Shown: positions 8,205-18,532, counted from the stretch's first letter. The stretch is 32,000 nt of DNA from an uncultured Opitutales bacterium (GCA_934613415.1 CAKTSY010000006.1:60001-92000); one strand, 5' to 3'. Notes: generated from the letters alone by a model not told the origin. Numbers and translations: made by a program.

Positions 8205-9194
8205 TTACTTATTAAAACCTTCGGGATGCGATTTATGCCATTTCCACGCTGTGGCAATAATGTCTTTTACGTTTGTATATTTAATTTTCCAATTAAGCTC
8301 TTTTTGGGCTTTTGAAGAATCGGCATACAAGGCGGCGGGGTCGCCCGCGCGGCGCGGAGCCGTTTCGTAGGGAACTTTAAGCCCTGTAATTTCCTCTACG
8401 CCCTTAATTATTTCCATAACCGAGTTGGGTGTGCCAGTACCCAAATTGTAGGCAAAGAATTTGCCCTTTTCGTTAAGCTTTTCGAAAGCTGCAATGTGCG
8501 CGCGGCTTAGGTCGTCTACATGAATATAGTCTCTTAGGCAGGTGCCGTCGGGGGTGTCGTAGTCGGTGCCAAAAACTTTTAGCGCGCCTACTTTGCCCGT
8601 TGCGGCCTTAATTGCCAAGGGTATTAAGTGTGTTTCGGGCGAGTGATCTTCGCCTATTGTGCCGTCTTCGGCGGCTCCGCTTGCGTTAAAGTAGCGAAGG
8701 GCAACCGCACTTAGCCCGTAGGCTTTGCCGCATGCCTTTAAAAAGTTTTCAACGTCTAGCTTTGTTTGCCCGTAGGGGTTTATCGGCAACTGGCCGTGCG
8801 CCTCCGAAAGGGGGAGCTTTTGCGGAACGCCGTAGGTTGCGCATGTAGACGAAAACACGAATTTTAGCACGTTGTTTTCAATCATCGTTTCTATTAAGCG
8901 CGCCGTTGCAACAAAGTTGTTTTCGTAGTATTTAACCGGGTTGCTTACGCTTTCGCCAACGTTTATAAAGGCGGCAAAGTGCATAACCAAATCGATATTT
9001 TCGCGCTTTAAGATTGCAGAAACTAGCCCCTTGTCGGAAATGTCGCCTTGATAGAACGAAACATCGGCGTCTAGCGCCTCTTTATGTCCGTAAACAAGGC
9101 TATCTAACACAACGGGGCGGTGCCCCGCCGCTTTTAACTGTCTTACACAATGGCTGCCTATATAGCCTGCGCCGCCAACTACCAATATATTCAT
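8205..9194 (-). CDS. galE: UDP-glucose 4-epimerase
   Basis: 329 aa with a strong SD (AAGAGGAG, 7-nt spacing). Rossmann VVGGAGYIGSH, catalytic SSTCATYG and YGQTK (YxxxK), and C-terminal RRAGDPAALYADSSKA typical of GalE. Confidence 0.95.
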   Translation of the reverse strand: MNILVVGGAGYIGSHCVRQLKAAGHRPVVLDSLVYGHKEALDADVSFYQGDISDKGLVSAILKRENIDLVMHFAAFINVGESVSNPVKYYENNFVATARLIETMIENNVLKFVFSSTCATYGVPQKLPLSEAHGQLPINPYGQTKLDVENFLKACGKAYGLSAVALRYFNASGAAEDGTIGEDHSPETHLIPLAIKAATGKVGALKVFGTDYDTPDGTCLRDYIHVDDLSRAHIAAFEKLNEKGKFFAYNLGTGTPNSVMEIIKGVEEITGLKVPYETAPRRAGDPAALYADSSKAQKELNWKIKYTNVKDIIATAWKWHKSHPEGFNK

Positions 9195-9213
9195 ACGAAC
9201 TCCTCTTATTATA

Positions 9214-9234
9214 TTATGTAAAAAATTTACATAA
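9214..9234. promoter_or_regulatory. AT-rich perfect inverted repeat in the galE / histidine-kinase divergent promoter region
   Basis: TTATGTAAA (9214..9222) - AAA - TTTACATAA (9226..9234): 9-bp arms, 20 nt upstream of the galE ATG. Confidence 0.3.
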
Positions 9235-9256
9235 ACTTTAACAAAAGCAAAGCTTC

Positions 9257-10435
9257 TTGCAAAACAATTCTCTTGCTTGGCGCAGAAATTTTATCGATTA
9301 TATGCAAACTATGGCCAAGTTGGATAAAGACGGCAAGCTTGCCGATTTGCTTAGAATTAACCGAAATTTGTCTAAAAAACTGTTTAGGCTAGACGCGGTT
9401 TTTAACGCCCTGCACGAATCCGTGCTTGTTATGGCGCTAGACAATTCAATTTCGTTTGCAAACGAAACGGCAAAAAAAACGCTTTCTATGCCCGACAATT
9501 TCGAAAGCTACCCCATTTTTAAAATAATACCCGACTTAAAGCCCGATTTGGATTCGGTGCGCAGCTCGCTTTCGCCGATAACAAAAGAGTTTCAGATAAG
9601 CTATCCTGTTCCGCGCTATCTAAAGGCCTACATTGTTCCGCTAGAAAGCGAATTTGCCAACGAAGAGCCACTTTGTGTTATAATACTTTCGGACGCTACA
9701 AAGGAAAAACTTTCCGAAAAGGAGACCATAGACAACGAAAGGATAAACTCTATTTTAAAGCTAGCCTCGGCAATAGCGCACGAAATAGGCAACCCGTTAA
9801 ACTCTATGGGCATACACTTGCAGCTTATAAACAGGCTTGCCGCAAAGATAGACGACGAAGCTTTAAAGGCAAAAATTTCAGACAGCATAGGCATTTGCCG
9901 CAGCGAAATAAGCCGGCTAGACTCTATAATAAAAAACTTTTTAAAGGCGGTGCGCCCGCAAAAGGCGTTGCTTGTAGAATGCGACGCGCTTAAGCCCTTG
10001 CTAGAAACTGTAAAATCGCTGCAGGCGCAGCTGCAAGACTCTAACATTGCAGCCGACATACAAGTTCCATCTCAGCTACCCACGGTTTTTGCCGACGAAG
10101 CACTTTTGCGCCAGCTATATTTTAATTTGCTTAAAAACTCGATAGAGGCAATAGGTGCCGACGGGCAAATTACAATAAAAACATCTTTCGACGACGAATT
10201 TTTAAATTTGGTGTTTTGCGATACGGGTTGCGGAATTTCGGCGAAAGACCTTACCCGAATTTTCGAGCCTTATTTTACAAGCAAGGCAAACGGCAACGGG
10301 CTTGGAATGCTTATTGTCGAAAACATAGTAAAAGCGCACAACGGCAAAATTTCGATAGAAAGCAAAGTAGGCCACGGCACAAAAATTACCATATCGCTAA
10401 GAAGGGCGCACCCCGAAATTAGGCAGATACAATAA
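9257..10435 (+). CDS. Cytoplasmic sensor histidine kinase (PAS-like N-terminus + HisKA + HATPase_c), no adjacent response regulator
   Basis: H-box SAIAHEIGNPLNSM, N-box FNLLKNSIEA, G1 DTGCGI, G2 GNGLGM. No hydrophobic TM segments. The ORF-track start at 9257 is TTG; the first ATG is at 9302 (MQTMAKL..). Neither has an SD, so the start is uncertain. Confidence 0.88.
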   Translation: MQNNSLAWRRNFIDYMQTMAKLDKDGKLADLLRINRNLSKKLFRLDAVFNALHESVLVMALDNSISFANETAKKTLSMPDNFESYPIFKIIPDLKPDLDSVRSSLSPITKEFQISYPVPRYLKAYIVPLESEFANEEPLCVIILSDATKEKLSEKETIDNERINSILKLASAIAHEIGNPLNSMGIHLQLINRLAAKIDDEALKAKISDSIGICRSEISRLDSIIKNFLKAVRPQKALLVECDALKPLLETVKSLQAQLQDSNIAADIQVPSQLPTVFADEALLRQLYFNLLKNSIEAIGADGQITIKTSFDDEFLNLVFCDTGCGISAKDLTRIFEPYFTSKANGNGLGMLIVENIVKAHNGKISIESKVGHGTKITISLRRAHPEIRQIQ

Positions 10436-10483
10436 GCAAGAAATATTTTTGCACCGCCGGCGCAGAACCCCTGCACAAAAAAC

Positions 10484-10518
10484 AAAAAGCCCCGCAAATA
10501 AAAATTGGGGGCTTTTTT
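10484..10518. terminator. Bidirectional terminator between the convergent kinase and zinc-ribbon genes
   Basis: AAAAAGCCCC (10484..10493), 14-nt loop, GGGGCTTTTT (10508..10517), with T6 on the + strand and A5 on the other side. Confidence 0.7.
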
Positions 10519-10541
10519 GCAAAAGATAGCGTAGAAAAGAT

Positions 10542-10733
10542 TTACTTTTTGTTTTTGTAGTCGGTTTGGTAGTAGCCCGAACCGTGGAATATTATGCCTG
10601 CGCCTTCGCCTATTATTTTACGCAAGGTGTTTTTCCCGCAATAGGGGCACTTTTTGCGCGGTTTGTCGTTCATAGAATGGAAAATTTCCATATCCTTTTT
10701 GCAGTTGTCGCAATGATAATCGTATGTAGGCAT
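10542..10733 (-). CDS. FmdB-family zinc-ribbon protein (CxxC..CxxC)
   Basis: The family begins MPTYDY.C..C; here MPTYDYHCDNCKKDMEIFHSMNDKPRKKCPYCGK starts at the ATG at 10733 (63 aa). The ORF-track extension to 10820 adds 29 non-homologous residues and is unlikely. Confidence 0.8.
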   Translation of the reverse strand: MPTYDYHCDNCKKDMEIFHSMNDKPRKKCPYCGKNTLRKIIGEGAGIIFHGSGYYQTDYKNKK

Positions 10734-10804
10734 ATCTTTGTATAAATTAAAATTAAAAGTTCTATACTTGCCCGAAAATATTTCAACAAAAATATAATCA
10801 AGCC

Positions 10805-10841
10805 AAATAAACGCGGGCAAAGGTTTTGCACTTTGCCCGCG
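10805..10841 (-). terminator. Rho-independent terminator of groEL
   Basis: Minus strand: CGCGGGCAAAG (10841..10831), 8-nt loop, CUUUGCCCGCG (10822..10812), then UUUAUUUGG. It starts 29 nt after the groEL stop. Confidence 0.8.
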
Positions 10842-10869
10842 AAATATTTATGCGTTAGGTACTACCGAA

Positions 10870-12519
<1,650 letters not shown>

Positions 12520-12522
12520 TTA

Positions 12523-12819
12523 TTATTTTGTTATAACGGCCAAAATGTCGTCCTGGCGCAACAAAGAATACTTTTCGTCGCCAATCTTAACTTCGGTGCC
12601 GCCGTATTTCGAAATTAGAACCTTGTCGCCGACTTTAACGTCGAATGTAAAGGTTTTGCCGTCTTCGCACTTGCCCGTGCCCAAAGCGACAACTTCGGCT
12701 TCCTGCGATTTTTCTTTGGCGGCGTCGGGAATTATGATTCCGCCCCTGATTTGTTCTTTTTCTTCGGCCTGCTTAACCAAAACGCGGTCGCCGAGAGGTT
12801 TAATATTTATTTTTGCCAT
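12523..12819 (-). CDS. groES: Co-chaperonin GroES (Hsp10)
   Basis: 98 aa. [38 protein letters not shown], 27 nt upstream of groEL. Confidence 0.96.
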   Translation of the reverse strand: MAKINIKPLGDRVLVKQAEEKEQIRGGIIIPDAAKEKSQEAEVVALGTGKCEDGKTFTFDVKVGDKVLISKYGGTEVKIGDEKYSLLRQDDILAVITK

Positions 12820-12846
12820 GGTGTTATTTTTCTTGTTTGTTGTTTT

Positions 12847-12894
12847 AAAAAAATATGCAAGAGCCGATTTTTTCGCAAAACTGCGGCTCTTGCA
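12847..12894 (-). terminator. dnaK terminator-like hairpin / 11-bp perfect inverted repeat immediately upstream of groES
   Basis: TGCAAGAGCCG (12856..12866) - 17 nt - CGGCTCTTGCA (12884..12894). On the minus strand it is followed by UAUUUUUUU (12855..12847). It lies 15 nt after the dnaK stop and ends 27 nt before the groES ATG. Confidence 0.7.
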
Positions 12895-12908
12895 ATATTA
12901 TTTATAAA

Positions 12909-14861
12909 TTACTTGTTGTCTTTCTTGTCGTCGTCTACAACTTCAAAGTCGGCGTCTACGGGGCCTTGTTTGTTTGCTGAAGACGATTGTTGCTGTTGCG
13001 ACTGCGCCTGTTGGGCTTGTTGAGCCTGTTGGGCGCCCGCGCCCTGCGGATACAAGTTCTGGGCTTCGGCCTGCAAGAGAGCAGTTAACGCGTCGATTTG
13101 AGCTTTAAGCTCTTCTTTTGTGGCGTTCGATTTTGCAAGAACGTCTTTTGCCGTTTTAAGGGCGGCGTCTATCTTGCTCTTCGAAGCAGCGGGAACCTTG
13201 TCGCCTGCGTCTTTAAGCTGTTTTTCGATACTGTAAACCGCGTTGTCCAACTGGTTTTTAGTTTCGATAAGCTCTTTTTGGGCGTTGTCTTCAGCCGCGT
13301 GCATTTCGGCTTCCTTACGCAACTTTTCTATTTCCTCCTTCGACATACCGCTGGAGTTTGTAATTGTTACGTTCTGCTCTTTGCCAGTGCCCTTGTCTTT
13401 TGCCGAAACGTGCAAAATGCCGTTTGCGTCTATATCGAATGTTACTTCGATTTGGGGCAAGCCACGCGGAGCGGGAGCTATGCCGTCGAGCCTGAAGTTG
13501 CCGATAAGCTTATTGTCTTTAGCCAAAGGTCTTTCGCCCTGCAATACCCTGATGTCTACAGCCGTTTGATTGTCCGAATAGGTGGAAAATACCTGACTTT
13601 TCTTTGCGGGAATTGTGGTATTTCTGTCTATCATTGCAGTAGATACGCCGCCTGCGGTTTCTATAGCCAGCGTCAAGGGAGTTACATCGAGCAAAAGAAC
13701 GTCGTTAACTTCGCCTTGCAATACGCCGCCTTGAATTGCCGCGCCGCGAGCTACAACTTCGTCGGGGTTTACGCCCTGGTGGGGAGCTTTGCCAGCCAAC
13801 TGAGCCGCAATTTCAACAATCTTGGGCATACGGGTCATACCGCCAACGAGAACCAACTCGTTAATAGAGCTCTTTGTAAGGTCCGCGTCTTTTAAGCATG
13901 CTTCGAAAGGCGCCAAAGTGCGGTTTGCCAAGTCTTCGGTAATCTGCTCGAGTTTCGCCCTTGTAAGGGTTACATTCAAGTGTTTCGGGCCGGAAGCGTC
14001 GGCCGTAATAAAGGGCAAATTAATGTCGGTTTGTTGGGCTGTAGAAAGCGCAATCTTGGCCTTTTCGGCTTCCTCCTTTAACCTTTGCAATGCCATCGGG
14101 TCTTTGCGCAAGTCTATGCCGTTTTCCTTCTTAAAGCCGTCTACCAACCAGGAGATTATAGCTTCGTCCCAGTTGTCGCCGCCTAGGTGCGTATCGCCGT
14201 TGGTGGCTTTTACTTCAAATACGCTGTCGGCAATTTCCAATATCGACACATCGAAAGTACCGCCGCCTAAGTCGTATACGGCAATGGTTTCGTCTTTGTC
14301 TTTATTGTTGTTTAAGCCGTATGCCAAAGCAGCCGCGGTTGGTTCGTTTATAATTCTAAGAACTTCCAAGCCCGCAATTGTACCTGCGTCTTTTGTTGCC
14401 TGACGCTGTGCGTCGTTGAAGTAGGCGGGAACTGTAATAACTGCCTTTGTAATCTTTTCGCCCAAATATGTTTCGGCGTCGGCTTTCATTTGTTGAAGAA
14501 TGTCGGCCGAAATCTGTTCGGGGGTGAAGCGTTCGGTTTTGCCCGCAACTTCGCATTCAATCAAAACTCCGCCATTGGGCCCTTCTACTACTTTGTAGGG
14601 AAGGTTCTTGGCTTCTTCCTGAATTTCGCTAAACTTGCGGCCTATTAAACGCTTTGCCGAAAAAATTGTGTTGTGGGGGTTTGTTATGGCCTGCCTTTTA
14701 GCGGCTTGACCAACCAAACGTTCGCCCGTTTTTGTAAAAGCGACAACTGAAGGAGTTGTACGCGCTCCCTCTCTATTGGGGATAACCTGCGACTGACCGC
14801 CTTCCATAACAGCCATGCAGGAGTTTGTTGTACCTAAGTCAATACCTAATATTTTACTCAT
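12909..14861 (-). CDS. dnaK: Molecular chaperone DnaK (Hsp70)
   Basis: 650 aa. [19 protein letters not shown] and [10 protein letters not shown] motifs, with a Q/A-rich low-complexity tail before the C-terminal acidic/basic end. SD AAGGAA with 6-nt spacing. Confidence 0.98.
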   Translation of the reverse strand: MSKILGIDLGTTNSCMAVMEGGQSQVIPNREGARTTPSVVAFTKTGERLVGQAAKRQAITNPHNTIFSAKRLIGRKFSEIQEEAKNLPYKVVEGPNGGVLIECEVAGKTERFTPEQISADILQQMKADAETYLGEKITKAVITVPAYFNDAQRQATKDAGTIAGLEVLRIINEPTAAALAYGLNNNKDKDETIAVYDLGGGTFDVSILEIADSVFEVKATNGDTHLGGDNWDEAIISWLVDGFKKENGIDLRKDPMALQRLKEEAEKAKIALSTAQQTDINLPFITADASGPKHLNVTLTRAKLEQITEDLANRTLAPFEACLKDADLTKSSINELVLVGGMTRMPKIVEIAAQLAGKAPHQGVNPDEVVARGAAIQGGVLQGEVNDVLLLDVTPLTLAIETAGGVSTAMIDRNTTIPAKKSQVFSTYSDNQTAVDIRVLQGERPLAKDNKLIGNFRLDGIAPAPRGLPQIEVTFDIDANGILHVSAKDKGTGKEQNVTITNSSGMSKEEIEKLRKEAEMHAAEDNAQKELIETKNQLDNAVYSIEKQLKDAGDKVPAASKSKIDAALKTAKDVLAKSNATKEELKAQIDALTALLQAEAQNLYPQGAGAQQAQQAQQAQSQQQQSSSANKQGPVDADFEVVDDDKKDNK

Positions 14862-15006
14862 ACCATTTCCTTTAGCATATTCCGTGCCAGTTTTAAGATT
14901 TTTGCATAACTGGCTATTTATAAATGTATATCGGAGTTTTTTGGCGTATTTTGCAAAAATTTTAGAGCCACATAGTGCGACATATTGTCTCGCCCGTGCA
15001 CGCTAA

Positions 15007-15037
15007 GTGTGCCATATAGGCGGCCCAATTGGCACAC
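15007..15037. promoter_or_regulatory. Perfect 8-bp inverted repeat in the dnaK / GH28 divergent intergenic region (candidate operator)
   Basis: GTGTGCCA (15007..15014) - 15 nt - TGGCACAC (15030..15037). No U-tract on either strand, so it is not a terminator. Confidence 0.3.
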
Positions 15038-15098
15038 AAAAGCCGTGTTTTACAATAACCGCGCAAAAACGCAATAGCATACAAAAAGCTTTTTAGCA

Positions 15099-15126
15099 TT
15101 GACTAGCTAAGTTATGCCCCTATCAT
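15099..15126 (+). promoter_or_regulatory. Candidate sigma70-type promoter of the GH28 gene
   Basis: TTGACT (15099..15104), 16-nt spacer, TATCAT (15121..15126). The ATG at 15139 is only 12 nt past the -10, which implies a very short leader without an SD. Pattern match only. Confidence 0.3.
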
Positions 15127-15138
15127 TTGCACTCAATT

Positions 15139-16590
15139 ATGAAGTATATATCGTTAAAAACATCTGTTATGTTCGCCTTAATGGGGGCGGCAACTTCGCT
15201 TTTCGCGGAATCGCAAGACGTTAAAAATTTCGGCGCAAAAGCCGACGGCGCGTTCGACAACACCGCCGCAATTCAGGCCGCAATAGACAAATGCAGCGCA
15301 ACGGGCGGCGGCGAAGTTATCTTCTCGGAAACGGGAACGTATATGACAAGCACTTTCGACATAAAAGACAATGTTTGCCTTAACATTCCCATGGGCACAA
15401 TGCTGAAGGGCAACCCGCCCAATAAAAACTACAGGCTGCACGCACTTATTGCCGCAAACAAGGTAAGCAACATTGGCATTACAGGCGGCGGCATAATAGA
15501 CGGCAACGGAGCGAGCTTTGAAATAAAAGACTGCGCACCCAACAGGGCAAGGCTGATTTCTATAAACGACTGCAAAAACGTTAAGATAGAAAACATAACG
15601 CTGCAAAACCCCGCCACTTGGACGCTTTCGCTTTGCTATAACGACACGGTTACCGTAAAGAATGTAAAACTTTTCTCGATTTGCAACTTTAACAACGACG
15701 GCATAGATATTGCCTCGAAAAACGTCGTAATTAGCGACAGCATTATAACCTGCGACGACGACGGCATTTGCATTAAAAACATTCGCAGAGACCGCAAGTT
15801 TGTGGTAGAAAACATCACGGTTAAAAACTGCGTTGTTGCCTCGAACTGCAACGCCTTTAAAATCGGCACCGAAACTTGGGGCGACATAAAAAACATTACG
15901 GTTTCTAACTGCGTTGTGCGCCAAACCCCATTTTCGCACCTTAGAAACTGGAACAAGAAAAACCCGAAACAAAAGCACTTCTTCCTTGAAGAATCCAACA
16001 ACGCAATTACGGGCATTGCCATAGAGTCGGTAGACGGCGCACAGGTTGAAAACATCTCGTTTTCGAATATGGTGCTTACGGGCGTTCAGTGCCCCTTGTT
16101 TATTAGGGTTGGGCACCGCAATAAAGACGAAAAGAAAAGCGCCATACGCAACGTTATAATAAAAAACGTTATTGCAAAAAGCGCAAGCTGCATACCCAAC
16201 ACAATTTCGAGCATACCCGAACACACGCTCGAAAACGTTATAATTAGCGACAGCATCTTTGATATGAAAGGCTGTGTAGACGAAAGAACAAGCGAAACGC
16301 TTGCAAGCAAACCAGTGCCCGAAAACATAAAAAGCTACCCTGAAGTCAGAAGCTTTGGCATTGTTCCCGCCTACGGCTTTTATATGCGCCACGCAAAGAA
16401 TATTACAGTAAACAATGTTCAGGTGCGCTACCAAAACGAAGACTTCCGCGCGCCCTTCTATTGCGACGATATAGACTACCTTCGCATTATGAACTGCAAA
16501 ATTCAGCCTTCGGCAAACGGCGACGAAGACCCGATTGTTCTTAAAAACGTTAAAAACGCGTCTTTAAAGAACAATTCGCCCCTACTGTAA
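15139..16590 (+). CDS. Secreted GH28-family glycoside hydrolase (polygalacturonase-like right-handed beta-helix)
   Basis: The first ATG (15139, MKYISLKTSVMFALMGAATSLFA/ES, a signal peptide) is preferred over the TTG at 15127. The N-terminal VKNFGAKADG..DNTAAIQAAIDKC..GGGEV is typical of the pectate-lyase-fold N-cap. GH28-type NNDGIDI and CDDDGICIK aspartate motifs are present. Confidence 0.82.
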   Translation: MKYISLKTSVMFALMGAATSLFAESQDVKNFGAKADGAFDNTAAIQAAIDKCSATGGGEVIFSETGTYMTSTFDIKDNVCLNIPMGTMLKGNPPNKNYRLHALIAANKVSNIGITGGGIIDGNGASFEIKDCAPNRARLISINDCKNVKIENITLQNPATWTLSLCYNDTVTVKNVKLFSICNFNNDGIDIASKNVVISDSIITCDDDGICIKNIRRDRKFVVENITVKNCVVASNCNAFKIGTETWGDIKNITVSNCVVRQTPFSHLRNWNKKNPKQKHFFLEESNNAITGIAIESVDGAQVENISFSNMVLTGVQCPLFIRVGHRNKDEKKSAIRNVIIKNVIAKSASCIPNTISSIPEHTLENVIISDSIFDMKGCVDERTSETLASKPVPENIKSYPEVRSFGIVPAYGFYMRHAKNITVNNVQVRYQNEDFRAPFYCDDIDYLRIMNCKIQPSANGDEDPIVLKNVKNASLKNNSPLL

Positions 16591-16613
16591 TTGAACAATA
16601 AAAAGCCCAAAAC

Positions 16614-16651
16614 AAAACACCGAAGCCTGCGAAAAGCTTCGGTGTTTTTTT
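16614..16651. terminator. Bidirectional terminator between convergent GH28 and leuA
   Basis: AAAACACCGAAGC (16614..16626), 9-nt loop, GCTTCGGTGTTTT (16636..16648), with T7 on the + strand and UUUUGUU on the - strand. Confidence 0.85.
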
Positions 16652-16671
16652 ATGTAAATTGGCCGCGTTTG

Positions 16672-18363
16672 CTATTTGTCGGCGCAGCTTAAATTTACCG
16701 CCGAAACCAACGCCTTTAAACCCGCAAGCTCTATGCTTGGGTCTACGCCGCATGCCCAGAAAAGCCCGCCCGAATTTTTCTCTATGCAAATGTAGGCGGC
16801 AGAATTAGAAGCCGAGCCCGCGCCTATTGCATGCGAGCGGTAGTCTTTAACCTTAAAGTCTTTTAAGCCGGCCTTTTCCATTGCATTTACAAAGGCATTT
16901 ATTGGCCCGTTGCCCGAGGCCGCAATTTCAGTTTCCTTGCCGTTTACGGTAATCTTTGCCGTAAGGTTAACGTTCGAGCTGTCGGCGTCGGAAAGTTTTT
17001 CTACCTTATGGCTTACAAGCTTTATTGGGCTTGAAAGGTTTACAAACCTGTCGCAAAATAGTTTGTATATTTCGTTTGCCGAAAGCTCTTTGCCCAGTTT
17101 GTCGGCCTGGGCGTTAATATAGTTGCCAACTTCGGGGTGCATTGCCTTTGGCAGGTCGAACCCGAAATCGGCATTTAAAATATAGGCTACGCCGCCTTTG
17201 CCGCTTTGCGAATTTATGCGGATAATGGCCTCGTAGTCTCTGCCTATGTCTTTGGGGTCTATCAGCAAATAGGGGACTTCCCAAGCGCAATTTTCGTCGC
17301 CCGTCCTTTTGCGCATATCCATGCCCTTTTTAATTGCGTCTTGGTGCGAGCCGCTAAATGCGGTAAACACCAAGTCGCCGGCATAGGGCAGGCGCGGCGG
17401 AACTTTCATGGAAGTGCATTTTTCGTATTCTTGCACAATTTCGGGCAGGTTCGAAAAATCAAGCTCGGGGTCTACGCCTTCGGCAAACATATTTAAGGCG
17501 ACATTTACAATGTCGAGGTTGCCGGTTCTTTCGCCGTTGCCAAAAAGCGTGCCTTCCACCCTATCGGCACCCGCAAGCAGGCCAAGCTCGGTAGAGGCAA
17601 CGCCCGTGCCCCTGTCGTTGTGCGTGTGCACGCTAATAAGCACGTTTTGCCTGTCTAAAATATGGCGGCTTACCCATTCTATTTGGTCGGCATAAACGTT
17701 GGGCATTGCATACTGCACGGTTTCGGGCAAATTTATTATAATTTTGTTGTCGGCAGTAGGCTGCCAAACAGCCTTTACGGCTTCGCATATTTCAAGCGCA
17801 AATTCAACTTCGGTGTCGGAAAAGCTTTCGGGCGAATATTCCAGCGTAATCTTTGTCCCATCTTTTTCGGCGGCTTTGGCGTATTCTTTAACAATCTTTA
17901 CTCCGTTTACCGCCAAGTCGATAATCTCGGCCTTGCTCATTTTAAAGGTAACCTTGCGCTGCAGCACCGATGTGCTGTTGTATAAATGCACAATGGCGTG
18001 CTTTGCGCCCTTTAAGGCGTCGAATGTGCGCTTTATCTGGGCAGGCTTGCTTTGCGTTAGCACCTGAAGCGCAACGCCTTCGGGAACAAGGTTGCCTTCG
18101 ATAAGCCTTCTTAAAAAGTTGTATTCTGTATCGCTTGCGGCGGGAAAGCCCACTTCTATCTGCTTAAAGCCCACTTTTAGCAAGGTGTTGTACAACTCAA
18201 GCTTTTCCTCGATATTCATCGGGGTGGCAAGTGCCTGATTGCCGTCGCGCAAATCTACACTGCACCAAATCGGCGCTTTTGTAATGTGCGCCGAAGGCCA
18301 CTTTCTGTCGGGCAGGCTTACAAAGCTGCTCCTCTTGTATTTTCTCAACAGTTCCTTGTTCAT
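16672..18363 (-). CDS. leuA: 2-isopropylmalate synthase (long, LeuA type 2 form)
   Basis: 563 aa. RKWPS..ITKAPIWCSVDLRDGNQAL, HTHNDRGTGVA and GTLFGNGERTGN catalytic-barrel motifs, plus a C-terminal LeuA dimerisation/regulatory domain. Confidence 0.95.
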   Translation of the reverse strand: MNKELLRKYKRSSFVSLPDRKWPSAHITKAPIWCSVDLRDGNQALATPMNIEEKLELYNTLLKVGFKQIEVGFPAASDTEYNFLRRLIEGNLVPEGVALQVLTQSKPAQIKRTFDALKGAKHAIVHLYNSTSVLQRKVTFKMSKAEIIDLAVNGVKIVKEYAKAAEKDGTKITLEYSPESFSDTEVEFALEICEAVKAVWQPTADNKIIINLPETVQYAMPNVYADQIEWVSRHILDRQNVLISVHTHNDRGTGVASTELGLLAGADRVEGTLFGNGERTGNLDIVNVALNMFAEGVDPELDFSNLPEIVQEYEKCTSMKVPPRLPYAGDLVFTAFSGSHQDAIKKGMDMRKRTGDENCAWEVPYLLIDPKDIGRDYEAIIRINSQSGKGGVAYILNADFGFDLPKAMHPEVGNYINAQADKLGKELSANEIYKLFCDRFVNLSSPIKLVSHKVEKLSDADSSNVNLTAKITVNGKETEIAASGNGPINAFVNAMEKAGLKDFKVKDYRSHAIGAGSASNSAAYICIEKNSGGLFWACGVDPSIELAGLKALVSAVNLSCADK

Positions 18364-18390
18364 ATTTAGTGTGTTATTCCATTTTATTGC

Positions 18391-18430
18391 ATAAAAAAAG
18401 GCAACGCTATTTTACATAGTATGCGCCGCC
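18391..18430 (-). terminator. Intrinsic-terminator hairpin 29 nt upstream of the leuA start (pgm terminator and/or leuA attenuator)
   Basis: Minus-strand RNA: GGCGGCGC (18430..18423), 15-nt loop, GCGUUGCC (18407..18400), then U7 (18399..18393). That is 8 bp, including two G-U pairs that exist only on the minus strand (they are A-C mismatches on the plus strand). Confidence 0.7.
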
Positions 18431-18466
18431 TTTTCTTTTTTAAAAGTGTGTTTTTAAAACGCAAAA

Positions 18467-18532
18467 TCAGCGCACTACTACGGCTTCGAGACGAAGTCGC
18501 AACAATAGCCCGGATAATGCAAAGTTTTTCAT
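18467..18532 (-). CDS. Candidate leucine-rich leader peptide (21 aa) of a leuA attenuator
   Basis: The ATG at 18532 is 1 nt after the pgm TAA (TAAtATG). It encodes MKNFALSGLLLRLRLEAVVVR-TGA, with 6 Leu in positions 6-15. There is no SD, so translation would depend on coupling to pgm. A short ORF could arise by chance; see findings. Confidence 0.35.
   Translation of the reverse strand: MKNFALSGLLLRLRLEAVVVR

Noticed and set aside
12975-13045. Imperfect CTGTTG/GGC-type trinucleotide repetition encoding the [21 protein letters not shown] tail of DnaK.
   Set aside because: Low-complexity G/A/Q linkers are normal in DnaK C-termini. The repeats are short and imperfect, so I see no evidence of phase-variable slippage.
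14874-14889. Sigma-54-like motif TGGCACGGAATATGCT on the minus strand just upstream of dnaK.
   Set aside because: The -12 element is ATGC rather than TTGC. The implied transcription start would fall 2-3 nt before the ATG, downstream of the AAGGAA Shine-Dalgarno that dnaK appears to use. No enhancer-binding protein gene is nearby. Probably coincidental.
15093-15110. TTAGCA...AGCTAA, which superficially resembles CIRCE half-sites (TTAGCACTC-N9-GAGTGCTAA), in the dnaK/GH28 intergenic region.
   Set aside because: Only 5 bp of each arm pair (TTAGC/GCTAA). The spacing is wrong, and it overlaps the GH28 -35 element about 230 nt from dnaK. It is not a credible HrcA operator.
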